DNA from: Mobula hypostoma
Taxonomy: Eukaryota
Direction of reading: 5' to 3'
NCBI RefSeq assembly: GCF_963921235.1
Contig: NC_086108.1
Coordinates: 111,106,001-111,170,000 of the forward strand
Length of the DNA stretch: 64,000 bases
In this document: in pieces, positions 13,335-27,530 of the stretch
Numbering within the stretch: the stretch's first letter is position 1
Layout: the number at the start of each line of letters is the position of its first letter
Program-made: the position numbers and the translations under genes
The notes under the pieces: generated by a model
The model's input: the letters and a program-made list of their open reading frames with translations, nothing else
What the model was told of the DNA's origin: nothing
Database searches by the model: none

Positions 13335-13447
13335 GTAAGTCCACACCATAGGAGCAGAATTAGGCCACTCGGCCCATCAAGTCTACTCTGCCATTTCATC
13401 ATGCCTGATTTATTATTCCTCCCAACCCCATTCTCCTCTTAGCCATA

Positions 13448-13954
13448 ATTCAGTGGCTATTTTATTAGGTATACCTGCACACCGGCTTGTTAGTGCAAAT
13501 ATCTAATCAGCCAGTCATGCAGCAGCAACTCAGTTAGAAAAGCACTTAGATATGGTCAGGAGCTTCAGTTGCTGCTCAGAACAAACATCAAAATGGGGAA
13601 TAAAAGTGATCTAAAGTGACTTTGACCGTGGAATGATTGTTGGTGTTTTCATGCACAACAGCCTCTGGAGTTTACAGAGAAAGGTGTGAAATGCAAAAAA
13701 CGTCCAGTAAGCGGCAGTTCTTTAGATGTTAACACCTTGTTAATGAGAGAGGTCAGAGGAGAATGGCCAGACTGGTTTTAGCTGACGGTAACGCAAATAA
13801 CCACACATTACAACGGTGGTGTGCAGAAGAGCATCTCTGAATGCACGGCACGTCGAACCTTCAAGTGATGGGCTACAGCAGCAGCAGACCGCAAACATAC
13901 ACCCGTGGCCACTTCATTAAGTGCAGGAGGTACTTAACAAAGTGGCCACTGAGG
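13448..13954 (+). mobile_element. Tc1-derived non-autonomous DNA transposon
   Basis: Imperfect TIRs cagtggctattttattaggt / acttaacaaagtggccactgag; internal decayed transposase start. Confidence 0.8.
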
Positions 13955-14469
13955 TATTTAAGAGCCTCTTAGATAGGCACTGGATGATAGAAAAATGGAG
14001 GGTTATGTGGGAGGGAGGGGTTAGACTGATTTTAGAATAAAGTAGATTAGATTAGATTAGATTAGGTTAGCAAGACAGTACAACATTGTGGGCCTAATGG
14101 CCTGTGCTGTTCTATGTTCTACAATTGAACAAGAGATAGATAAAGATTGAGGATTTGAAGGCCATAAGAAACTGGCGGAGAAGAGGAGTTTAGACCACTA
14201 TAAATCACAATGACTGGTGGGGCAGGTTTAAGGGTTAGATTGATTTTAGAATAGGTTAGAAGGTCAGGACAACATTGTGGGCCGAAGGGCCTGGATTGTG
14301 TTGCACTGTTCTAAATTCTATGTTTGTTTCTCAGAATTCCAGCACCTGCAGCCTCTTGGGTCTCCACCGAAACGGAGACAGTTCAGAGGAGGGTCACTTG
14401 GCTGATTTTTGTGAACACAAGGATTGTCTGATGAAGAAGATTAGGTATTTTGGTTGGACTCATATACTC

Positions 14470-14830
14470 TGGAGATTAGTAAGAGAAAGGGAAGGAGAGG
14501 GAGCACCAGAGGGAGGTGATGGGCCTATGGGAAGAGAAGATGTAACAGCTGAACCAAAATGGGGAACGGAAAAAGGGAGAAGGGAGAGGTAAGAAATTAC
14601 CAGAAATTTGAGAAATCGATGTTCATGCCATCAGGTTCAAGGCTACCCAGGCGGAATATAAGTTGTTGCTCCTCCAGTCTGAGTGTGGCAGGAGAATAGG
14701 CCATGGACAGACTTGCTGGAATGGGAATGGAAAGTCGAATTGAATCTAAAAACAAGGGAATCTGCAATGCTGGAAATCTTGAGCAACTCACACAAAATGA
14801 TGGAGCAAGTCAGCAGGTCAGACAGCATGG
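14470..14830 (-). mobile_element. Degraded Penelope-like fragment
   Basis: Minus-strand ORF contains ATLRLEEQQLIFRLGSLEPDGMNIDFSNF. Confidence 0.75.
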
Positions 14831-16392
14831 GGAGCAGTCTTGAAGGAAAGGAGCCAAACCTGTTTTGTGGGTCTTTGGTGGAGAAAGAAGATTCGCTAAC
14901 ACAGGACTGAGAAGCCTAGAGGAGGAGGACAATGAGGAATCTGTTCTGTGAGCTCAGAGAACTTGCTGAGGCTTGTACCCACTGTGGGTGTGCCGGCCTA
15001 GAAACTGAGATGCGTTCTGACACCTCACCGGTGAGGTGTTGAGTCAGAGCAACAGGTCCGATGATATCTCTGTCTGTAGAAGGGTGCACTAATTCACTAG
15101 GGGCAAGCGGGGAACAGCTGGGAGGTGTTGCAAAGAAGCTATTCAAGAAAAATCAGAATCAGAGGTTTATTATCTCTGATATGTAACATGAAATTTGTTG
15201 TTTTGCAACAGCAGTACAGTACAATATATAAAATATAATAAATTACAATAAGAGTATTTTTGCTCTGCTGTCATTTTACACTACCTTAGTACACACATTA
15301 TTACACATATATATAAGAATTAATAGTTTTTTAATTATGTATTACAATGTACACCTGTGGCAAAACAGCAAATTTTGCGACATATGCCAGTGATATTAAA
15401 CCTGATTCTGATTCTGAAGAAATATACATATAAGAATAGAGAGGAAGTAGTGAGGTAGTGTTTGTGGGTTCGTTGTCCATTCAGAAATCTGATGGTGGAG
15501 GGGAAGAAGCTGTTCCTGAAACGTCGAATGTGTGTCTTCAGAATCCCGTGTGTCTGTCCTGATGGTAGCAATGAGAAGAGGGCATGTCCTGGGTGATGGA
15601 GTTCTTCACAATGGGTGCTGTCTTTCTGAAGGTTTCATGTCTTGAAGGTGCTTTGGAAGCTGGGGAGTCTAGTGCTCATGATGGACGTGGTTATTTACAA
15701 CTTGCTGCAGCTTTTTCTGATCCTGTGCAGTGGCCCCTCCGTACGGCAATGTAGCCCCTCCACGGTCCATCTGTAGCAATATGGTGGCATTCCAAGTCTC
15801 CTCAGATTCCTACTGAAGTATAGTCACTGGTGTGCCTTCTTCGTGATCGTATCACTGTGTTGGTACCAATACAAACTGAAGCCTCTGATTCATGCAATGC
15901 ACTAAATGCCGTCACGTGAGCTCTTGGACTGAGTCAGGTGGGAAACCTCTCCCAGGTCACAGAGAAACGAAAATTATAGGGTCATCACCTCACATTCTGC
16001 CTGGGCAGACTCCATTCTGCCGGCATGAACATCGAACTCTCAGACTTCCAGCCTAATCCAACTGGCCCCCATCACCTACATTCCCCTCTCCCCACCTTCT
16101 CCCTCAACATCTGTCTGTCAGCCACACACACCTCCCAATGCTCCCCTCCCCACCTCCCTGCCTTTTTCAATTCTCACCTTCTTCTCCTTTCTCTGAATCA
16201 TTTGTTTACGGTACTATTTGTTTACTGATATTATTTGTGTACTTATTACTGTTTGCACGATTTGTTCTTTTACTGGATGTTTGTCACACTTCATTGTGTG
16301 GGGGGATTTTCATGGATTCTGTTGTGTTTCTTTGATTTGTGGCTGTTTGCAGGAAGATGTGTCTCAGTGTTGTATATAGAGCATAAGAGACA

Positions 16393-18817
16393 GGAATGTA
16401 TGCGGGATGGTTTTTTGAACCAACATGTCGAGGAACCGACTAGAGAGCAGGCTATTCTGGACTGGGTTTTGAGCAATGAGGGAGGGTTAATTAGCGATCT
16501 TGTCGTGAGAGGCCCCTTGGGTAAGAGTGACCATAATATGGTGGAATTCTTCATTAACATGGAGAGTGACGTAGTTAATTCAGAAACAAAGGTTCTGAAC
16601 TTAAAGAGGGGTAACTTTGAAGGTATGAGACATGAATTAGCTAAGATAGACTGGCAAATGACACTTCAAGGATTGACGGTGGATATGCAATGGCAGGCAT
16701 TTAAAGGTTGCATGGATGAACTACAACAATTGTTCATCCCAGTTTGGCAAAAGAATAAATCAAGGAAGGTAGTGCACCCGTGGCTGACAAGAGAAATTAG
16801 GGATAGTATCAATTCCAAAGAAGTAGCATACAAATTAGCCAGAGAAAGTGGCTCACCTGAGGACTGGGAGAAATTCAGAGTTCAGCAGAGGAGGACAAAG
16901 GGCTTAATTAGGAAGGGGAAAAAAGATTATGAGAGAAAACTGGCAGAGAACATAAAAACGGACTGTAAAAGCTTTTATAGATATGTAAAAAGGAAAAGAC
17001 TGATAAAGACAAATGTAGGTCCCCTGCAAACAGAAACAGGTGAATTGATTATGGGGAGCAAGGACATGGCAGACCAATTGAATAATTACTTTGGTTCTGT
17101 CTTCACTAAGGAGGACATAAATAATCTTCCAGAAATAGTAAGGGACAGAGGGTCCAGTGAGATGGAGGAACTGAGCGAAATACATGTTAGTAGGGAAGTG
17201 GTGTTAGGTAAATTGAAGGGATTGAAGGCAGATAAATCCCCAGGGCCAGATGGTCTGCATCCCAGAGTGCTTAAGGAAGTGGCCCAAGAAATAGTGGATG
17301 CATTAGTGATAATTTTTCAAAACTCGTTAGATTCTGGACTAGTTCCTGAGGATTGGAGGGTGGCTAATGTAACCCCACTTTTTAAAAAAGGAGGGAGAGA
17401 GAAACCGGGGAATTATAGGCCAGTTAGCCTAACGTCGGTGGTGGGGAAACTGCTGGAGTCAGTTATCAAGGATGTGATAACAGCACATTTGGAAAGCGGT
17501 GAAATGATCGGACAAAGTCAGCATGGATTTGTGAAAGGAAAATCATGTCTGACGAATCTCATAGAATTTTTTGAGGATGTAACTAGTAGAGTGGATAGGG
17601 GAGAACCAGTGGATGTGGTATATTTGGATTTTCAAAAGGCTTTTGACAAGGTCCCACATAGGAGATTAGTGTGCAAACTTAAAGCACACGGTATTGGGGG
17701 TAAGGTATTGGTGTGGGTGGAGAATTGGTTAGCAGACAGGAAGCAAAGAGTGGGAATAAACGGGACCTTTTCAGAATGGCAGGCGGTGACTAGTGGGGTA
17801 CCGCAAGGCTCAGTGCTGGGACCCCAGTTGTTTACAATATATATTAATGACTTGGATGAGGGAATTAAATGCAGCATCTCCAAGTTTGCGGATGACACGA
17901 AGCTGGGTGGCAGTGTTAGCAGTGAGGAGGATGCTAAGAGGATGCAGGGTGACTTGGATAGGTTGGGTGAGTGGGCAAACTCATGGCAGATGCAATTTAA
18001 TGTGGATAAATGTGAAGTTATCCACTTTGGTGGCAAAAATAGGAAAACAGATTATTATCTGAATGGTGGCCGATTAGGAAAAGGGGAGGTGCAACGAGAC
18101 CTGGGTGTCATTATACACCAGTCATTGAAAGTGGGCATGCAGGTACAGCAGGCGGTGAAAAAGGCGAACGGTATGCTGGCATTTATAGCGAGAGGATTCG
18201 AGTACAGGAGCAGGGAGGTACTACTGCAGTTGTACAAGGCCTTGGTGAGACCACACCTGGAGTATTGTGTGCAGTTTTGGTCCCCTAATCTGAGGAAAGA
18301 CATCTTTGCCATAGAGGGAGTACAAAGAAGGTTCACCAGATTGATTCCTGGGATGGCAGGTCTTTCATATGAAGAAAGACTGGATGAACTGGGCTTGTAC
18401 TCGTTGGAATTTAGAAGATTGAGGGGGGATCTGATTGAAACGTATAAGATCCTAAAGGGATTGGACAGGCTAGATGCAGGAAGATTGTTCCCGATGTTGG
18501 GGAGGTCTAGAACGAGGGGTCACAGTTTGAGGATAGAGGGGAAGCCTTTTAGGACCGAGGTTAGGAAAAACTTCTTCACACAGAGAGTGGTGAATCTGTG
18601 GAATTCTCTGCCACAGCAAACTGTTGAGGCCAGTTCATTAGCTATGTTTAAAAGGAAGTTAGATATGGCCCTTGTGGCTACAGGGGTCAGGGGGTATGGA
18701 GGGAAGGCTGGGTTCTGAGTTGGATGATCAGCCATGATCATAATAAATGGCGGTGCAGGCTCGAAGGGCCGAATGGCCTACTCCTGCACCTATTTTCTAT
18801 GTTTCTATGTTTCTATG
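16393..18817 (+). mobile_element. Young 5'-truncated CR1-clade (HER1-like) LINE with uninterrupted ORF2 remainder
   Basis: Open frame to 18718 covering the APE end (LGKSDHN) and RT (PGNYRPVSLTS, YLDFQKAFDKV, GVPQGSVLGP, KFADDTK); 3' UTR ends in (tttctatg)n. Confidence 0.95.
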
Positions 18818-19879
18818 AAAAGAATTAGGCCATTCAGCCCATGGAGTCTGCCCCACCATTTCATTGTGGCAGTTCCATTTTCCACTTCAACCCCATTCTC
18901 CTTGCATTCCCTCCGTAACCTTTCACACCCTGACTAATTGAGAACCTATCAACCTCCACCTTAAGTACACCCAATGACCTGGCCTCCGCTTTTCTTTCTC
19001 TTCCAACCCTTCTCTTCACCCCACTGCGCCCCTCACACACACACTGTCTCCCACTACTCCCCCCTGCTCTACCAGTCCCCCCGCCACCCCATTCCGCCGT
19101 GTCAGATAGTAGTCTACGTATTTTGACAATAAATGAGCTGGCCGGTGGTTTAGTGGCATCAGCACCAGGTTCCGAGGCAAGTGGAGAGGAACAACAGCAA
19201 CAACTTTGATAATAAATGCACTTTCAACTTTGAACCTTCTCATTCCATCTTCTTCAGCCCCTTGTCAACTCCATCTGCCACTTTCAGCTTCTGCATCAAC
19301 CCAGTCCTCATCTGCCTGCCGCTCTCCCTGACCTGGATCCGCCCATCATTCGCTGGCTTTTACTCCCTGCATTTCCCCTCTCCGTTTCCTGACCCCCACC
19401 CAACCTCTTTATGCCAGCTATCTCCCCCTTCCAGACCAAATTCGTTCATTCATTGGGAACTACTCCGATGTGATTCTAATTCCCTCAGCCCTCCCCAGCC
19501 CTGGGCACTGTTCCTCTGCAAACAGAGAGGTTGCTAAACCTCTCCCCCTGCATCTTCCTTCAACAACTAAATGGCCCCGACTGGGGGAGATGCAGGTGAG
19601 GTCGAGATTTTCTCTCACTAGGAGGAGATATACCTAGCTGGGGGAAAGATGTTAATAAGAATGGAAGAGTTCAGAGAAAATTTACAAGGATGTTGCTAGA
19701 AATTGAGGCCCTGAGTTATAAGAACTTCACACCCTGAAGCATAGGAGATTGAGAGATTTCATAGAGGCATTCAGAATTATGAGGGGTATAGAGAGGGTAA
19801 ATACAAGCAGGCTTTCTTTCTTTGAGGTTGAGTGAGATTAGAACTGGAGGCCATAGGTTAAGGGTGAAAGGTGAAACAT

Positions 19880-20510
19880 TTATTTATTTATTTAAATCTG
19901 ACATCCGTCGCACAACATGAGGGAGTCAAAATCTTTGCATTATGACTCTGTCGCTGTAGTCAGACATGTGAATTTATAAATCTAATGGCTTGTAGAAAGA
20001 AGCTGTCCCGTAGCCTGCTGGCTTTAATGCTACGGTACTGTTTGCCAGACAAAAGCAGCTGAAACAGTTTACGGCCGGCGTGATTGGTGTCCCTGATGAA
20101 CCTCTGGGCCTTTGTTCTGCACTCTGCTGCTGTAAATGTTCTCAATGGAGGGAAGTCATGTCCACAGATGTGCTGGGCTGTCCATACCACTCCCTGCAGT
20201 GCCCAGCGATCAAGGTTGGCGCAGTTCCCACACCACGCGGTGAGACAGCCAGTCAGGATACTCTCAGCGGTGCCCCTGTTGAAGATCTTGAGGACCTGGG
20301 GGCTAATGCCGAACTTCTTCAGTTGCCTGAGGTAGAAGATACACTGTTGTGCTTTTTTTTGCCACACAGCCGGCATGTACAGTCCAGGTGAGATCTTCAG
20401 TGAGGTGTATACCGAGGAATTTGAAACTACTCACACTCTCAACTGCAGACCCATTGATGGTGACCCACTGACGGAGACCCTGTCTCCGTTCCGCCTGTAA
20501 TCCACAATAT
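19880..20510 (-). mobile_element. Rex1/Babar-type LINE 3' fragment
   Basis: VESVSSFKFLGIHLTEDLTW; KKAQQCIFYLRQLKKFGISPQVLKIFNRGTAESILTGCLTAWCG. Confidence 0.75.
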
Positions 20511-20721
20511 TTGAGGGTAACAAGGGGAACTTGACCTGAGGGTGGTTCAGGAATGGAATTGCTACTAGCAGGAGTACTGGGTGTATGTTTGAGTGCAACA
20601 TTTAAAGGAAATTTGGATAGGTACAAGGATGGGAAGGGTATGGAGAGTTTTGGTGCAGGTCAATGGGACTAGGTAGAATAACCATTTGGCACGGACTGGT
20701 TGGGCCGAGGAGCTTGTTTCT

Positions 20722-21840
20722 GGACCCTCTCCAATGCCAGCACATCCATTCTTAGATATGGGTTCAATAGCTGCTCACCAGTGAGGCCTCACCAGTGCCT
20801 TATAATGCTCCAGCATTACATACTTGCTTTTGTATTCTAGTCCTCACCACCTTGCATTTGCCTTCCTCACCACCAACTCAATCTGCAAGCTAACCTTTAG
20901 GGAATCCTGCACTAGGACTCCCAAGTCTCTTTGCACCTCTGATTTCTGATTTTACTCCATTTAGAAAATAGTCTACGCTTTTATACCTTCTATCAAAAGT
21001 GCACCATCATACACCTCCCTGCACTGTATTCCATCTGCCACTTTTTTGTCCATTATCATAATCTATCTTCTTCTGCAGACTCATTGCTTCCCCAACACGA
21101 CCTGCCCCTCCACCTATCTTTGTCTCATCTGCCAACTTGGCCACAAACTATCAATTCCATCATCCAAGTCATTCACGTATAATGTGAAAAAGAAGCGGTC
21201 CCAACACTGATCCTTGCGGGACACAACTAGTCACTGGCAGCCAACCAGAAAAGTGCCCCTTTATTCCCATTGTTTGCTTTTTGCCAGACAGCCAATTTTC
21301 TGTCCATGTTGGCACCTTTCCTGCAATGCCATGGCCCTTACCTTGGTTAGCAGCCTTATATGCAGCACCTTGTCAAAGGCCTCAATAGCCTTATGGAGAT
21401 CCAAGTAAACAACATCCACTGACTCTCCTTTCTCTATCCTGCCTGGTATTTCCTCAAAGAATTCCATCAGTTTGTCAGTCAAAATTTCCTCTTAAGGAAA
21501 CCATACTGACTTTGATGAATTTTATCACGTGCTTCCAAGTACCCTGAAACCACGTCCTTAACAATCGACTCCAGCATCTTCTCAACCACTGAAGTCCAGC
21601 TAACTGGCCTATTATTTCCTTTTTTTTTCCCCTCCCTCTCTTCTGAAAGCCTGGAATGACCTTCACAGTTTTCCAGTCCTCTGGAAACATTCCAGAATCC
21701 AGCAATTCTTGAACGATCATTACTAATGCCTCCATGATCTCTTTTAGCTACCTCTTTTGGAATCCTGTGGTGTAGTCTATCTGGTCCAAGTGACTTATCC
21801 ACCCTCAGATCTTTTCACTGCCCAAGCACTTTCTCCCTAG
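20722..21840 (-). mobile_element. Degraded CR1-clade LINE RT fragment
   Basis: Minus-strand ORFs DKSLGPDRLHHR, NNRPVSWTSVV, VDVVYLDL...AFDKV. Confidence 0.85.
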
Positions 21841-24745
21841 TAATGGAGATTTCCTCAAAGAATTCAAACAGATTTGTCAGGCAAGACATGACTTAACCTT
21901 CCCCCTGCTCCCCACCCACTTCACCACCAGCGAGGACCACTGGGATTGAACGGGACATTTATTTATTTATTTTGAGATGCCACACAGAGCAGACTCTTCC
22001 AACTGAAGGAAGCCACACCACCCAGCAACCCACTAACCTGGTCAGAGGACAATTTACAATGACCGATTAGCCTACTGACCGGTATGTCTTTGGTCTAGAG
22101 CTCCAGGAGGAAACCCATGCGGCTCACGAGGAAGATGTACAAACTCCTTACAGACAGTGCCAGATGTAACAGCATCACGCTAACCACTGTGCTTACCATG
22201 ACACATGACCAGCCATGGTTGTTGTGATGGGACCCCCATCTCCATCCAGCCACAGCTCTGCCTCCAAGGCTCGTTAGCCCAGGACCCTTGGTCCACAGCA
22301 GATCTGCAGAATTATCTTTTGTGGTGAATATCCCTGACAATTCCAATTTTACTCCTTAAACCGAGGAGTTTCTTAACCCCATCACCCTTACTGGGACATA
22401 GGCCGCTGACAGCAGCTCACCAGAGGCCTTTCTCCTGGGCCGAAGGTTGATCAGCTCTGTGATTTCCTCTTTACCACATGACTTGTAATGTCTTCCAGGT
22501 GAAGATCCTTGCTTTCCCAGGGATGAAGCCTTTGGAGCTTCTGTTGTCGTTTCTGTAGCTCAGGGTTTTAATGGAATGGGGCTGCTCGCCCTATGCCCCA
22601 CCCTCATCCTTTCACAGCCGCGCTTGGTACCATCCATGGCGGAGTTAAGCCCAGAACGTGTTGACTTATTTATTCCACCCAAGTGAAGTCAGCCTCCACG
22701 CCTCACTTTCAAAATCTGGCCCACGTTCTTTTCACTAATTCCTCCCTAAAATCTCTTACCATGGTTGCCAATAGCAACAGTGGCCATAGAAACTAACTTG
22801 GAAGGCCCCAGATTGAGAAAGAAAAAGTGGGAGTGAGTTACATGTATTTCTCAAGGTTTACCAGCTGTGAGAGAAAAATAAGGAAAGAAATAATTTCTGG
22901 AAAATCCCCTTCCTTAAAGGTGGGGGCGGCCTGGCGGGGAGCAGAGACGGTTTCATGATAATTGAGGCAGTGAAAGATTACCTAGGATAGGTGTGAATGT
23001 GGACTTGAAATTACCATCAGATCAACCAAGGCCTTACTCAGCTATGCAGAGGCATCCAGAACATGCTCTCTTCTCACTTTTGCCATTAGGAAGGAGGTAC
23101 AGGAGCTTCAGGACCCACACCATCAGGTTCAGGAACAGTTATTACCCCTCAACCATCAGGCTCCTGAACCAGAGGGGATAACTTCACTCGCCCCACCATT
23201 GAACTGATTCCACAACCTATGGACTCACTTTCAAGCACTCTTCATGACATGTTCTCAATATTTATTGCTTATTTATTTATTATTATCATTTTGTTTACTT
23301 TTTCCTTTATGTATTTGCATGGTTTGGTGTTTTCCGCACACTGCCTTTTTGTCTTTCTTTGTTGTGTGCGGGTTTTCATAGATTCCATTATGTTGCTTTG
23401 TATTAAGTTCAAAGTTCAAAGTAAATTTATTATCAAAGTACATATATGTCACCATATACAACCCTGAGATTCATTTTCTTGCAGGCATATTCAACAAATC
23501 CATAGAATAATAACCATAACAGAATCAATGAAAGACTGCACCAACTTGGGTGTTCAACCAGACAACAAACTTTGCAAATACAAAAAGAAAGAATCATAAC
23601 AATAAATAAGCAATAAATACACATCGATAGAAATTTGCCAGAGCTTTCGATGTCATGCTGAATCTTCAGAAATCTGGTGCTGGAAAGGAAAAGCTTTTCC
23701 TAAAATATGGTGTCGTCAGGCTCGTCCCTGATGGTAGCAATGAGAACAGGGCATGTCCTCAGTGATGGATGCCACCTTCCTGAGGCGTTGCCTATTGAAG
23801 GTATCTTCGATGATGGGGAGCCCAGTGCCCCTGATGGAGCAGGCTGAGTGTCCACTGCTCTACAGCTGTTTCTGTGACTCGGAGCCCCCATACACCAGAT
23901 GGTGTTGCAACCAGTCAAGTGCCCCACACAGTACTTTTTCCATTTTATTTTATTGAGATACAGCACAGAGTGGACTCTTCTGGCCCCATGAGCCACACCG
24001 CCCATAAACTCCTAATCACAGGACAATTTACAATGATCGCTTAGCCTACGAACTGGTATGTCTCTGCAAGGTGCGAGGGAAACCCACGCGGTCACGGGGA
24101 GAACGTACAAACTCCTTACAGGCAGCGGCGGAAATTGAACCTGGGTCACTGGTACTGTAAAGCATTGTGCTAACTGCTAGCTATCATAGTCCCTCCATGT
24201 CAGATGGTGCTGTAACTAGTTAGAATGCTCTCCACAGTACATCTATCTAAATTTGCTGGTCTTTGGTGATGTATACAAACTCCGAATGAAATATAGCCAC
24301 TGTCATGCCTTCTTTGTAATTGCATCAATGTGTTAGACCCAGGGTAGATCTTCAGAGATTTTGACACCCAGGAACTTAAAGCTGCTCACCCTTTGTACTG
24401 GGGGCCCCTTGATGAAGACCAATGTGCGTATGGAGAAGATATGGGGGTTTTGGAGAGGCTGCAGACGAGATTCACCTGAATTAGAGGGCATGAACTATCA
24501 GGAGAGGTTGGAATGCACTGCTTGAGGCTGACATATTAGGGGTATGTAAGAAACCCTCAGATAGGAAAAAAGATGGAGGGATATGTGGGAAGGAAGGTTA
24601 GACTGATCTTAGATTAAAGGGTTGGCACAACATTGAGGGCCAAAGGGCCTTACTGTGCTGTACTGTTCTACGTTCTGTGTTCTGTGTATAGGTAGGGACA
24701 ACTGTCAGAATCTTTCCCCAGGTTAAAATGTCAAATGTTAGAAGA

Positions 24746-25294
24746 CTCAGTGGCTATTTTATTATGTACATCCTGGACCTGCCTGTAACTTGCTGGACCT
24801 GTAAGTTCATGGTCTTCTGCTGCTGTAGCCAGTCCACTTCAATGTTCGATGTGTTGTGCATTCAGAGATGCTCTTCTGCACACCGCTGTTGTAACGTGTG
24901 TTATTTGATTTACTGTCACCTTCCTGTCAGCTTGAACCAGTCTGGCCATTCTCTGACCTCTCTCATTAATAAGGCATTTTCCCCCACAGAACTGCCACAC
25001 ACTGGGTGCTTTTTGTTTGTTTTTCCCACCATTCTCTGTAAACTCTAGAGACTGTTGTGTGTGAAAATCCCAGATCAGCAGTTTCTGAGATACTCAAACC
25101 ACCCCGTCTAGCACCAACAATCATTCTACAGTCAAAGTCACTTAGATCACATTTCTTCCCCATTCTGATGTTTGATCTGAACAACTGTCTGCATGCTTCT
25201 ATGCTTTGAATTGCTGCCACGTGATTGGCTGATTGTTTTTTTTTGCATTATCGAGCAGGTGTACAGGTATACCTAATAAAGTGGCCACTGGGTG
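24746..25294 (-). mobile_element. Tc1-derived non-autonomous DNA transposon, second copy
   Basis: TIRs ctcagtggctattttatt / cctaataaagtggccactg; encodes an HTH remnant MGKKCDLSDFDCRMIVGARRGGLSISETADLGFSHTTVSRVYREW. Confidence 0.85.
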
Positions 25295-27224
25295 TAGCTT
25301 TAAGGTGAGGGGGGAAATTTTAAAGGAGATGTGCGAAGCAAGATTTTTTTTACACACGTAGAGTGGGTGCCTGGGTGGCGCTGGAAACAGTGAGAATATT
25401 GGCATGCAAGAGACGTTCAGGTAGGTACATGAACAGGTAGGAAATAGAGGGATGCAGATCATATGAAGGCAGAGGATTTGTTTAATTTGGCATTGTGGTC
25501 AGCACAGAAAATTTGGGCTGAAGGACCTAATCCTGTGCTGCGCTGTTCAAATTTCTATGCGCCAAACAGTTACAAGGATATTGCCAGGGCTGAGGGACCT
25601 GAGTTACAAGGAAAGATTGAATAGGTCAGGACTGTGTTCCCTAGGATGTAGAAGACAGAGGGGAGATTTGATAGAGGTATACAAAATTATGAGGGGTATA
25701 GGTAGGGTGAATGCAAGCAGACTTTCTCCACTGATGTTGGTTGGGACTACGACTAGAGGTCATGGGTTAAGAGTGAAAGGTGAAAGGTTTAAGGAAATCA
25801 TGAGAACGTCTTCACTCAGAGGGTGGTGAGGCTGCCAGCACAAGTGGAGCATGCAAGCTCAATTTCAATGTTTACGGGAAGCTGGGATAGACACATGGAT
25901 GGTAGGGGTATGGAGGGCTATGGTCTCGGTGCAGGCCAGTGGGAGGAGGCAGTTTAAATGGTTCAGCATGGACTAGTTGAGCTGAAAGGCCTTTTTCTGG
26001 GCTGTGTTTCTCTAAGACTCCGTCAAGTTTGCGGGGCCACACTGGCGCCCAGCGTGGTTGAAGGTGGGCGCGTTTTTAGGATCCTGATGTGACTTGATCA
26101 CTTGCCGTGCTAGCCAGCAATGCAACAGGTTTGGGAAACACCGAAGGTGTGTCTGGCTGCTGTCGCTTCTGAGTCTTTGCCTGTCGGCCATTCGAACCCA
26201 TTCACTGAGGAAGCAGGGCCTCAGCCTGTCCCACGCCTTGCCAGCAAGATACACTCCCTCGCACAAGCTGAAACAGGCTCAGAGGAAACTACTAAAACAC
26301 TGTGAAGTTCACCACAGTCTGCACAGAGTGCACACAAGGGACCGTAGTCCGGTGTCGTCAGTAGTCAAAACTCCTCAGAGTCAGGATGTAACATGTTTAC
26401 AAAGAAATTTATCTCCTGAGATCACATGAGATGGGTGGAGTACATGAATTCCAGGAAAATGCTCTGATTTGTGTTAAAAAGAAAACAACTTCATTTCAAA
26501 TTCAAACCGATGATAAGAGTGAGATTTTTTTTTTAATAAGGACTTGTATTAAAAACTATAAAGTTCAAAAAGTTCTAAGTTCAAAGTAAATTTATTATCT
26601 AAGTACATATGAGATCCATTTCCTTGCGGGCATATTTCTGAACAAGGGCTTTTCTCTCAAAGATAAAGATAAGTTGTATTTGTCACATGTACATCGGAAC
26701 GTACAGTTTAGTGAAAGGAGTTGTTTCTGTCAGTGAGGGTAGCTCTTGGGGCCGTCTGCAAGTGTTGCCACACTTGGGCACCAAAGCATGCCTGCAACTT
26801 GCCAGCCCTCGCCCATGTGCCTTAGAATGTGGGAGGACATCGGAGCACCCAGAGGAAATCCACGCGGAACAAACTCCTTACAGACTGCGGCAGGAATTGA
26901 GCCCGAGTTGCTGGCACTGGAAAGCATTACACCACCGGACCAACCTCATGGCATTTCATCTTCCATGTCAGCAGACGGCAGACATCAGGACTGTATGCTG
27001 AATTCAAAAATCTTAGAAGAAAGAGAGGGGAATCTCATTAAAACCTATCGAATATTGAAAGGCCCAGATAGAGTGGGTGTGGAGAGGATACTTCCTATAG
27101 TGGCGAAGTCTAGGACCAGGAGGCACAGCCTTAGAATGGACATCCCTTTAGAACAGAGATAAGGAAGGTTTTCTTTAGCTGCTCAATCTGTGGAATTCAT
27201 TGCCAAACCATTGGGTATATTTAA

Positions 27225-27530
27225 ATAAATAAAGGCATCCTCTTGCGAGACCATGGATCTGCACCTGGAAAGTCTTCACTCTCCAGGGTGCAGGCCTGGG
27301 CAAGGTTGTATGGAAGACCAGCAGTTGCCCATGCTGCAGGTCTCCCCTCTCCATGACACCAATGTTGTCCAAGGGAAGGGCATTAGGACCCATACAGCTT
27401 GGCACCAGTGTCGTCACAGAGCAATGTGTGATTAAGTGCCTTGCTCAAGGACACAACACGTTCCCTCGGCTGGGGCTCGAACTCACGACCTTCAGGTCGC
27501 TAGTCCAATGCCTTAACCACTTGGCCACGT
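27225..27530 (-). mobile_element. tRNA-derived SINE inserted into a CR1 relic, with TSD
   Basis: Same head as the 10.2 kb SINE; TSD gggtatatttaa at 27213-27224 and 27531-27542; (ttta)n tail. Confidence 0.85.

Noticed and set aside
13335..13351. ORF-track C-terminus KSTP* suggesting a truncated 250-aa receptor
   Set aside because: Read-through into the intron past a canonical donor; the true continuation is at 41297.
16235..16392. N-terminal extension of the 827-aa ORF
   Set aside because: Chance in-frame read-in from an unrelated repeat tail; CR1 homology starts at ~16393.
26043..26057. tggcgcccagcgtgg resembling a tRNA-Lys primer-binding site
   Set aside because: Partial match with no recognisable upstream LTR or downstream gag; probably chance.
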